From: a virus
Lineage: Duplodnaviria > Caudoviricetes
Length of the DNA stretch: 64,000 nt
Direction: 5' to 3' (one strand)
IMG/VR virus record: IMGVR_UViG_3300032254_000001
Span: 1-64,000 of that record
Shown: positions 56,238 to 64,000 of the stretch, piece by piece
Layout: each line of letters opens with the position of its first letter
How positions within the stretch are numbered: position 1 is the stretch's first letter
Translations under genes and position numbers: made by a program
The notes under the pieces: generated by a model
Seen by the model: only the letters and a program-made list of their open reading frames with translations
Database searches by the model: none
What the model was told of the DNA's origin: nothing

Positions 56238-57214
56238 TATACCACCGGGTTAATTAATACGTCAGTGTAAACACCAACTAACCATTCGTTCCAGCTGTTA
56301 ACATCTACCCTTGCAGGCAAGTCACTTACTAGTACCAACTCGTCAATTTCTTCAACAAGTGATTCAAGTACATCTGAAACTTCTGTTTTGTAATCACAGT
56401 CACCGTTCTTAACATTACGCAAGAACTCAGTTTCTGCAAGAGGGTACGCAAATGAGCCGTTCTTTAAGATCGAACGCAATTGGTAACCTGCACGTAACGC
56501 ATGACTAACTGCCTTCCAGTCAACGCCTTCATTCTTTTCTGCAAGTAACGCACGAGCACCGTAACCAGCTAATGCCTTCTGAACACGATCTAAAACATAT
56601 TCAGTAGTATTAGTATCTTGGTACTTCTTGCCGTTAACTTCGTAGAACCTGTTAACTACACCAGTCTTCTCTTGCGCCAGTTCGATCTTGTTAGCGTACT
56701 CGTTTTCAGGAAGCTTATCCCAAACGTCACTTAAAGGGTATTCGCCTTTAGGCATACCTTCTAAGAATTCAATTGAGTCACGCATTGCTGAAATACGAGA
56801 ACCTTTAAGGCCGTACTTTGCTGCCTGTCGCTTAACGTAACCCATGTACGCTTTCAAGTTCTTAGTGTAGAACAGTTCGCGAATGCTAACAAGGTGTTCC
56901 CAAATCCAACCGTACTCTGGATCAATTTCGACTGCAACCAAATCAGGGTTAACATGCAACATATCTAATGCAACCGTTTCACCTTTGGTAGCAAGCTTAA
57001 TGAACTCGGCCAGAGAGTACCAATCGTCATCAATGTCACCAGCACCGTTCTTGGAATTATCATCACCAGTTGAATGGCTGATGTTTTTCGCAGCGGTGCC
57101 CAAAAGCAACTCGTCCAATTCGGGCAAGTAGATACCTTTGTAGTCCATGTCTGAGTTTGGGGTGTTAAGGCCGTACATGTGAGAGCCAAAAACCATTCGT
57201 ACAATCTTTTTCAT
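56237..57214 (-). CDS. nucleotidyltransferase (T4 NrdC.11-like, pol-beta superfamily)
   Basis: FGSHMYGLNTPNSDMDYKGIY, VDWKAVSHALR. Confidence 0.85.
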   Translation of the reverse strand: MKKIVRMVFGSHMYGLNTPNSDMDYKGIYLPELDELLLGTAAKNISHSTGDDNSKNGAGDIDDDWYSLAEFIKLATKGETVALDMLHVNPDLVAVEIDPEYGWIWEHLVSIRELFYTKNLKAYMGYVKRQAAKYGLKGSRISAMRDSIEFLEGMPKGEYPLSDVWDKLPENEYANKIELAQEKTGVVNRFYEVNGKKYQDTNTTEYVLDRVQKALAGYGARALLAEKNEGVDWKAVSHALRAGYQLRSILKNGSFAYPLAETEFLRNVKNGDCDYKTEVSDVLESLVEEIDELVLVSDLPARVDVNSWNEWLVGVYTDVLINPVV

Positions 57215-57921
57215 TATGTGTTCCTATTGTTAATAATGCTAGTATAGCATTTAGAATGGTGGGTTGTCAAGTACTTTAAATTTCTTATCTTTCAGCACGT
57301 TAAAGGTTTGTTCGTGCTCTAGTGCTAGTTGTGCTTCATTTGCTACTTTTATAAGGAAATCCCTGATATCTGTGCGGTAATTTAGGATAAAGTTCATGTA
57401 TGGCTTCCAGCCACCACATTCACAGTCTTCTGCAAAGTGCATGCCGTTTATCTCAATCATCCAAAGATCACTTTCCGTTTCATTTATGACTACATTATCA
57501 TCGGTTTCAGCACGTTCTCTGAAATCTGCTGCCATTAGCCTATCTTCGTCGTCATTGTCAAAGTAATAAGAATTGATGCATACATGCTCACGACCGCAGT
57601 TACATTCTATTACAGCACTACCAGAGCGTGTAAAACACTCTTGAAAAGCACGATCTAAGTCTAGGTCTAAGATGTTCATAAGTCTGTAATCCATTTCCCA
57701 CAGTGTGGGCAGTCGGGTGGAACTTCTCTATCAAGCTCGTCTCTTAGGTCTTCTAATTCGTCCTTGTACTGACAGTGGTGATCACGTCCGTCGTATTCGG
57801 TTGGCATATCTAGTACACGTTTACCAAGTTCAAGTAATGCTCCTTGGTCGCCTGCTATGCCCCAACTCTGTAATTCACTAAATGTAAAATGCTTGTAATC
57901 CATGGTGATCCTTTATCACCG

Positions 57922-57948
57922 AAAAAGCCCACACGAGGTGGGCTTTTT
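57922..57948. terminator. intrinsic terminator
   Basis: AAAAGCCCAC-ACGAG-GTGGGCTTTT. Confidence 0.8.
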
Positions 57949-57967
57949 CTATTGCTGGTAAGTTAAA

Positions 57968-59572
57968 TTACTTCTTAACTTTCATATCCAGTGCAAGGTC
58001 TTTAGCAGCCTTTACACCTAACATTTCGATAATGCTCATTGCTGCATTACCACCGTTAGTACCACTGGTACCCATTTGTACTTCAGCTACCCATTTCTGC
58101 TTACCAAATTCACGAGCGTAGTTCTCGTTAACTTTTACATAAGCATCAAGTTTCTGTTGTAACGCGCCATCAGCTTCGATAACTTGCTTCTTGTATGCTG
58201 CATCACCTTCACCACGTAAAGTTTGTTCCTTCTTGTAGTGAACCGCTGCTAGCTGCTTTTCAAGTGCTTCAAGTTTACCTTGTGCTGCAACATCAACTAA
58301 CTGCTCAGCTTTGATAACTGCAACTTCAGCAACTCGCTGTGCAACAACAACCGCTTTCTGCTTGATAACTTCTTCTTCGTACTGTGCCTTCTTAACGTTA
58401 GCAAGACCTTGCTGCTCTGCTGTAATCGCATCCTGCTTCGCACGTTCTGCGTTAGCTTTAGAAGTGATGATAGCCATAGTAGCTTCACGCTTGTCACTGA
58501 TCTGTTTCAAAGTTTTATCTTCGTAACCCCAGTCAACCATGTTAAAGCCAGACAGTGTGATACCGTACTGCTTCAGGTCGTTTGCAACATGTACTGGCAC
58601 GCCATCTTTTGTTGCGATGATTGGAATGATCTTTTTAGTTTTCTTAACATTGTGGCACTCTTTCTTAAGTTCCTTAGTTAAGTTTTCACCTAAACAAAAT
58701 TCCATACCAGCTTCAACAGTAGTGATTTCACTCTGTACAGTTGAGAACTTACCGTTGTTAAGCTGTGTCTTAGCACGTTGCGTATATGTACCACGATCCG
58801 TATAAGATTCTTCAGAGCTTACAAGACCAGCTGTGTGGTTCATAATTTCTTCAGTTGTATTCTTAACAATCTTGTGTGCTACACCAGCATTGCTTCGGAA
58901 TTCCTTATGGATCTTAGCCATATCAACTTCAGTTGATGGTAGGCGGAAACGTGCAATACCAAATACTGTACCAGTACCACCATCTTGGTAACGTACTGCG
59001 ATACCGTTCTGGTCAAGTGTTGCGCCTTCTGCGTTTTGTGACTTATCAAAGTCGAAAGTAATGATATCGTTGTAAACTTCTACGTTACCAAACCATTGCA
59101 TGTATAAACCTGGGTCAAACTTGTATGACAGTGTTCCGTTTGGAAACTGGATAACAGTTCTGTGACCTGCGTCATTAATGCCAATTAGTAATGGTGATAC
59201 CAATAGTGTAAGTACTAGGACTGCTATTGCTGTCACTGATTTCCAATTTAAGTTCATGTTATATCCTCTAGGTTGTGATGGTGGTTGAGTTGAGTCATTA
59301 TCGCCTGCGCCACCGCCGCCTGCATTAATGTTTTCTTTCTTTGAAAAAAGGTTATTAAAAGTAGCTCCGATAAATGCCGCTGCTTTTGCTATATGATCTG
59401 CAATAACATCTTCCCACTGTATATCGCCGAAGCGATCTTTGTATTGATCAAAGTAGGCTTTGTTTTTGTTGTCATTGTCGTCTATGTTAGAACCATAACG
59501 GTTCTGATAGTCGTTTGTTTCGTTACGAATTTTGCGTAGCAATTCTTCGTATTCATCTGTGCCGCGGCTCAT
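57968..59572 (-). CDS. SPFH/band-7 (flotillin-like) membrane protein
   Basis: TM helix, IGINDAGHRTVIQ, coiled-coil AE/AQ-rich tail. Confidence 0.8.
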   Translation of the reverse strand: MSRGTDEYEELLRKIRNETNDYQNRYGSNIDDNDNKNKAYFDQYKDRFGDIQWEDVIADHIAKAAAFIGATFNNLFSKKENINAGGGGAGDNDSTQPPSQPRGYNMNLNWKSVTAIAVLVLTLLVSPLLIGINDAGHRTVIQFPNGTLSYKFDPGLYMQWFGNVEVYNDIITFDFDKSQNAEGATLDQNGIAVRYQDGGTGTVFGIARFRLPSTEVDMAKIHKEFRSNAGVAHKIVKNTTEEIMNHTAGLVSSEESYTDRGTYTQRAKTQLNNGKFSTVQSEITTVEAGMEFCLGENLTKELKKECHNVKKTKKIIPIIATKDGVPVHVANDLKQYGITLSGFNMVDWGYEDKTLKQISDKREATMAIITSKANAERAKQDAITAEQQGLANVKKAQYEEEVIKQKAVVVAQRVAEVAVIKAEQLVDVAAQGKLEALEKQLAAVHYKKEQTLRGEGDAAYKKQVIEADGALQQKLDAYVKVNENYAREFGKQKWVAEVQMGTSGTNGGNAAMSIIEMLGVKAAKDLALDMKVKK

Positions 59573-59940
59573 TACTTATCCGCCGTTGGTGCCGCTTTCT
59601 TTTTAGCAGGCGCTTTCTTTTTTGGTGCTGCTTTCTTCTTAGGAGCTGCCTTTTTAACAGGTGCTTTCTTAGGTGCTGGTGTTACTGCTTCTGTGCTAAG
59701 TACTACCGCTTTATCAGCAATTTCAGCTCTACGAGCTTTTAACTTAACTTTAGCATCAACAACATCTTCTTCAACATCTGCTTTAAACAGGTCCTTGTTA
59801 ACTGCATTCAGTTCGTCGCGAAGCTCTTTACCTAGCTCTTCGCGTTCCTTATCTTTCTTGCTCTTTCCAAAAGCTTGCTGTATGATTACAACTATGCAAC
59901 CAACAATGATCAAGCCTATTAGTAATTTTGCTAATCCCAT
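59572..59940 (-). CDS. membrane-anchored protein with PAKK histone-like tail
   Basis: N-terminal TM, C-terminal KKAAPKKK repeats. Confidence 0.65.
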   Translation of the reverse strand: MGLAKLLIGLIIVGCIVVIIQQAFGKSKKDKEREELGKELRDELNAVNKDLFKADVEEDVVDAKVKLKARRAEIADKAVVLSTEAVTPAPKKAPVKKAAPKKKAAPKKKAPAKKKAAPTADK

Positions 59941-59979
59941 CTGTTTTGTCTCCGAAATGTTTTATTTCTTAGTGTGTAT

Positions 59980-60008
59980 ATTATACTAGTTTCTAGGCCT
60001 GCGGTCAA
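59980..60008 (-). promoter_or_regulatory. sigma70-type promoter
   Basis: TTGACC-17-TATAAT. Confidence 0.72.
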
Positions 60009-60043
60009 TTTTAATCTTACCGAATTTGCCCAAAATGACCATA

Positions 60044-60071
60044 AAAAAGCCACCTAAATGGGTGGCTTTTT
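60044..60071. terminator. intrinsic terminator
   Basis: AAAAAAGCCACC-TAAATG-GGTGGCTTTTT. Confidence 0.8.
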
Positions 60072-60073
60072 AT

Positions 60074-60175
60074 CTATCCTAGCTCTAGCTTACCACTTAA
60101 ATGATACGCCTGTGCTGTGAATGTCGTTACCGACATTGATGCGGCCAATGCGACCGCAAGTATTTTCTTATTCAA
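60074..60175 (-). pseudogene. signal-peptide-only remnant of an exported/porin gene
   Basis: TTG-start MNKKILAVALAASMSVTTFTAQA-YHLSGKLELG-stop with AAGGA RBS. Confidence 0.45.
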
Positions 60176-60549
60176 ATTAGTTCCTTTAGATTAGATTAGA
60201 GTTATAGTTCTTTAGTACAATGCGTATGTTATATTGTTTGGTAAGATTTGTCGACTATTCTGGCAACATTAAGAAATGAATTCGTAAAGCTTAACATTCT
60301 TTCGCCAAACATTGAACTTGCTCATTGGTACTTTAAAAGCTGTAGTCTTGCCTTTAGTTGATTGATGCACTGGTTTTATTCTAGCGACAACGTGCATGGA
60401 ATCGTCACTGGAATCGTACTCAGCACTTACCAAACCATAAGCATATTTCGGTCCGAAGTACTTGGTAAAATGAAGTTGATGTTTGAGTGCTACATGATGA
60501 GCACTCAAACGATCATCAGAGTTAATAGGCATTGTGCTAGTGTCAGTCA

Positions 60550-61329
60550 TTAAGCTTCTACAGCTTCTAGTGACTGTTCAACGTAGCTACGATCGCCTGT
60601 AAAGATAGGTATTTCTCTATCGATTCTAATTTCACGATTTGGAGCAGTTTCCAATTCACGACGTGTTACACAAGTGCCGCGCTTCTTCCACGTTTCGATA
60701 TCGTTCCAATTAACACCGTGCGTAAGCATAAGCATATCTTGCACTTGACTAACATTTTTCCCATGTAGTTCTTTGTGGGAGAAGTAGTGCTGTGCCAACA
60801 TGTTAATGCTGTTACGGGTTGCGTCCTGCTGGCGCCATACGAAGTAGTTAGTAACTTCTTCTTTTGGCAAGTTCCAAACACGCGCATCAAATAGAGCAGG
60901 AGCTGCTTCTTTAGTTGCGTCAGTTCCAACAAGGTGCGCAAAGGTTTGGTTGAAGTAAGCCGTTGCCATACTTGCTGCAACAGATACAATCTTCTGTACG
61001 TTGTTACCAAACCACTGATCAGTTGTTAACGTAGACCAATCGTTTAATAGGATTGAAATCTCGTCAGACTGGGTGTAGCCAAGAACAGCATTCTGGATAT
61101 TCGCTACCAGTTTCTCAGTAGTAATGGCCATAGTTTGGTTCATTACATCGCTGAATGGATCCTGTTCCAGACTAGGATCAACATGCTTTAAGCATTTGGT
61201 CCAAGTGTGAAATGCCTTTCCATCAAGGCGGATTATTACTGGAGTTCGTTTCGTTAGGGTAGTTTTAGATACATGTTCGTATTCCTTCATTCGTGTTCCT
61301 AACGAATCTTTACTGTACTTTTGGCTCAT
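60550..61329 (-). CDS. thg1: tRNA(His) guanylyltransferase Thg1-like protein
   Basis: IIRLDGKAFHTWT, YTQSDEISIL, FDAR, YFVWRQQDATRNS. Confidence 0.93.
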   Translation of the reverse strand: MSQKYSKDSLGTRMKEYEHVSKTTLTKRTPVIIRLDGKAFHTWTKCLKHVDPSLEQDPFSDVMNQTMAITTEKLVANIQNAVLGYTQSDEISILLNDWSTLTTDQWFGNNVQKIVSVAASMATAYFNQTFAHLVGTDATKEAAPALFDARVWNLPKEEVTNYFVWRQQDATRNSINMLAQHYFSHKELHGKNVSQVQDMLMLTHGVNWNDIETWKKRGTCVTRRELETAPNREIRIDREIPIFTGDRSYVEQSLEAVEA

Positions 61330-61999
61330 GGCTCCCCCAGTTTTGGTGTACGTTTCTGTGACACGGTCTACATAATGTAATACCGTTTTCTAAATTTTCA
61401 TCGATAATTTTGGGTTGTTTTAATAACCAATCTACCTTTTCTATTTTTGATAAATTATTTTTATCTATAAGTAGTTCTTTAATAATTGTTGCCAGTGGTA
61501 CAATATGATGCACATCTAAATTTTTTGTTGCTAGGCAATGCTGGCATGTTTTATTGTCACGTTCCATGACTCGGTGAAACCAATTATAAAGACGTTGCGT
61601 ACCAGACTTAACCATTTTGTTAACACCTGCTTTTCCGCCTTTCCAATTTGTTGCTTTTGGTCCGGTTCGGTTCTTCCAAATCTTCGCACGTTTAATTTTG
61701 GATGCAGTAGAAAAAGTTTTGCCGAACATGCCGTTATTGGAACCACTTGTATCCCTATTTTTGATTGCTTCGTAGTATGCTTCGCTCTTCATATTGTCTT
61801 GCCAAAATTCTTTGCTATTTTGTGGGCGTTTCGCGGCCCCAGCCTTTCTCGCACACTGCAAACATAAATCAATTTTACCTTCTTGCCGTCTTCTTGCAGT
61901 TTTAACATTCTTTAATTTCCGATCAAATATCGTCGGGCATTCATCGCATTGGACGGTTACTATATCGTTATTTGTTACTTTGTCTTTTGTAATAATCAT
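61310..61999 (-). mobile_element. free-standing HNH homing endonuclease
   Basis: NWKGG, RDNKTCQHC..LDVHHI..NGITLCRPCH. Confidence 0.85.
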
Positions 62000-62045
62000 A
62001 ATATTATTTATGCTTATTTCATTCTATCACCTAGGCTATCTTTCT

Positions 62046-62876
62046 TCACGTGTGCCATCCCATTTTAAGTTTTAAATTGTTGAAAAAGTTCCAATCAATT
62101 GGCTGTACAAGGTTAATTGTACGCTTCTTGCAAGTAATTACAACCTTTCCTTCTCCAAAATCATCTAAGCGACGACCGTCTGCAAATATGTTGACTTTGC
62201 GATCCCAGCTAACAGTTATCTTATCCGAATCTGGAAAGATGATCGGACGCGATGTTAATGTATGTGGGAGCATTGGTACCACTTCCAAAACGCCGCTGTT
62301 TGGCGAAAGGATTGAACCACCTGCTGACAATGCAAGTCCTGTTGACCCAAACGGTGTAGAAATTACTATACCAGAACTTTTAGTTTCAAAGTACGAATCC
62401 TTGTCGCCGATTGATACCTTGAAGTCTGCTGCCGAACCATTTGCTGCTGGAACAAAATAGAAATCGTTTACAGCATCGTGACAGCCACGAAACTTTCTTC
62501 GAAAGTTAAGCAAAGGTAATTCGTAATTGGTTACCTTGTATTCTGCAATATCGTCTTCTGTAATTAAATCGTAAATTAGTCTATCTAACTTACCTGTTAA
62601 TTGCGCACCTGTCGTTGCTACGTCTGGTACTAAGTACCCAAGGTTGCCGTAGTTAAACCCTGTAACAAATGCACGACTTTCAGCGGCAAGATGTATAGCT
62701 GACAGCATAGTACCGTCACCACCTAATGCAAGTATTAACGTGCTGGCATCAATTTCATCAGTGTCGCGAATAATGTATAAGTCGCGCTTACGAATAATGT
62801 CGCCAACTTCAACTAATAGCGAATCGCTAATGCCATTATCACCCGGACGGGTGCGTATGTAAACATTCTTAATCAT
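62046..62876 (-). CDS. nadK: NAD kinase
   Basis: LGGDGTML, GNLGYL, AVND, GIVISTPFGSTG..LSAGG. Confidence 0.9.
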   Translation of the reverse strand: MIKNVYIRTRPGDNGISDSLLVEVGDIIRKRDLYIIRDTDEIDASTLILALGGDGTMLSAIHLAAESRAFVTGFNYGNLGYLVPDVATTGAQLTGKLDRLIYDLITEDDIAEYKVTNYELPLLNFRRKFRGCHDAVNDFYFVPAANGSAADFKVSIGDKDSYFETKSSGIVISTPFGSTGLALSAGGSILSPNSGVLEVVPMLPHTLTSRPIIFPDSDKITVSWDRKVNIFADGRRLDDFGEGKVVITCKKRTINLVQPIDWNFFNNLKLKMGWHT

Positions 62877-63089
62877 TACTTAATCCAAACCCCTGAAAGG
62901 TATAGTACTCGTGTGAAGCACACCAATAAAAGATATATCATGCCACCTATTGCTACTGCGATGTTCGGCGTTCCTGCTGCAATGATCCCAGGTATAACAA
63001 GTCCAAAGAATAAAAGGAAGCGTAGTGGTTCTTTCATACCATCGTACTTCTTGTTCCAACGGTACAGAAAATTGTGTTTAACTTTAGCT

Positions 63090-63572
63090 TCATTTGCCAT
63101 CGTCGTCTTCCTCTTCGCTACGTCTGTAAATTTCGTCTATCTGTCTGCCTAGTTCTTTTGCTACTGCATCAGTGCCGAACTGTGCGATACTGCTCTGCAA
63201 CCTTTTTGCTGCTTCTATAACATCCGGGTTAGCTTTGCCTTCTGTTATAATCTCGCCGTTAGCTTTAATAGTAATAGATGAAGCGTTTCCATCCTGGTCT
63301 GTCATACGAACGACAGCGTCTGGCTTTTCGAAGTTTTGTTCTTTAGCTTGATCGAACAAACGTTTAAACTCTTTCTGGCGTTCAGTTTGTTCGGGCTCAT
63401 CACTCTCCCGTTGAACAGCTGGTGTCTCACGTTTGAACATTCCAAACAAGTCCATAATCAGAAACGATACTGAAAATGCAAGTGGAATAGCACCGCCCGG
63501 AAAGGTGTCGGAGGTCCAGTGTATAATCCATAAAGCAATACACGATCCAAATATAACGTTATAGCTTTTCAT
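63090..63572 (-). CDS. membrane-anchored hypothetical protein
   Basis: two N-terminal TM segments then soluble domain. Confidence 0.55.
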   Translation of the reverse strand: MKSYNVIFGSCIALWIIHWTSDTFPGGAIPLAFSVSFLIMDLFGMFKRETPAVQRESDEPEQTERQKEFKRLFDQAKEQNFEKPDAVVRMTDQDGNASSITIKANGEIITEGKANPDVIEAAKRLQSSIAQFGTDAVAKELGRQIDEIYRRSEEEDDDGK

Positions 63573-64000
63573 ATTAATTCCTTATCTTTTTAATCGGGCT
63601 ACTGTGTTTTTCAATTGTTGAACTTCACTCTTTGCTTTACGCACATCGCGTTCAGCTTGATCAAGACGTTTACTCAACGGACGTACAGCATTATTAATTA
63701 ATGCTAAAATTCTTTGTTCTTCTTTTGTTATCATTTTTGGGTTCCTGGGTTGTACCACATCATCTCCCAGTACGGATAACCGTTGCTGGCGTTACAATAA
63801 TCTGTTACTTTTAATAATACAATATCCGGACATTCAGTCCAATCACGCATGAATGCTTCAATTGCTTTTGGATCGCGATCAGTCCAGTACTGGCCTTCGT
63901 TGCCAAAGTGCTTTCGCATTAGGCTGTTACACCTGGTCCAACTGGTCATTATTTTATCTGTGTCAGTATAACATAGTTTATCGTTTGCAAGTTTAGCCCA

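Noticed and set aside
857-63152. Numerous short plus-strand ORFs antisense to minus-strand genes
   Set aside because: Shadow frames of well-supported genes, with no RBS or domain evidence

Overview
This window looks like part of a large, AT-rich dsDNA phage genome (jumbo-phage-like; a proteobacterial host is inferred from sigma70 promoters, IHF sites and outer-membrane protein genes). Nearly all genes are on the minus strand, and no integrase, CRISPR array or rRNA was seen. It carries a tRNA-repair/translation-rescue kit (PseT PNK, RNA ligase 1, Thg1, HAD-SAK, cyclic-phosphate receiver, GGQ release-factor-like protein, YqeY, band-7, vWA) and an NAD module (NadA, NadV, NadM-Nudix, NadK). It also has an Acb1 anti-CBASS nuclease, two PAS-GGDEF diguanylate cyclases, several free-standing homing endonucleases and about 46 hand-parsed tRNA genes, mostly at 33.5-49.2 kb. 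The most striking signal is non-coding: five RNAs share a covarying Y-RNA-like scaffold (RGG-CUAU-stem-CUUCCUUCU...stem-A(C/A)UUU-CCY) but carry different payloads, including a circularly permuted tRNA, a tRNA-Lys(UUU) anticodon stem-loop and a T-arm plus microhelix. Two of the five are co-transcribed with a large helical+TerD protein that is their candidate partner. The tRNA set is also systematically re-engineered: class-I anticodons on long variable arms, Leu tRNAs lacking the variable arm but with enlarged D arms, anticodon-loop insertions, and a non-alanine tmRNA-like RNA. All RNA folds and protein calls were made by eye without tools, so coordinates may be off by a few nt.
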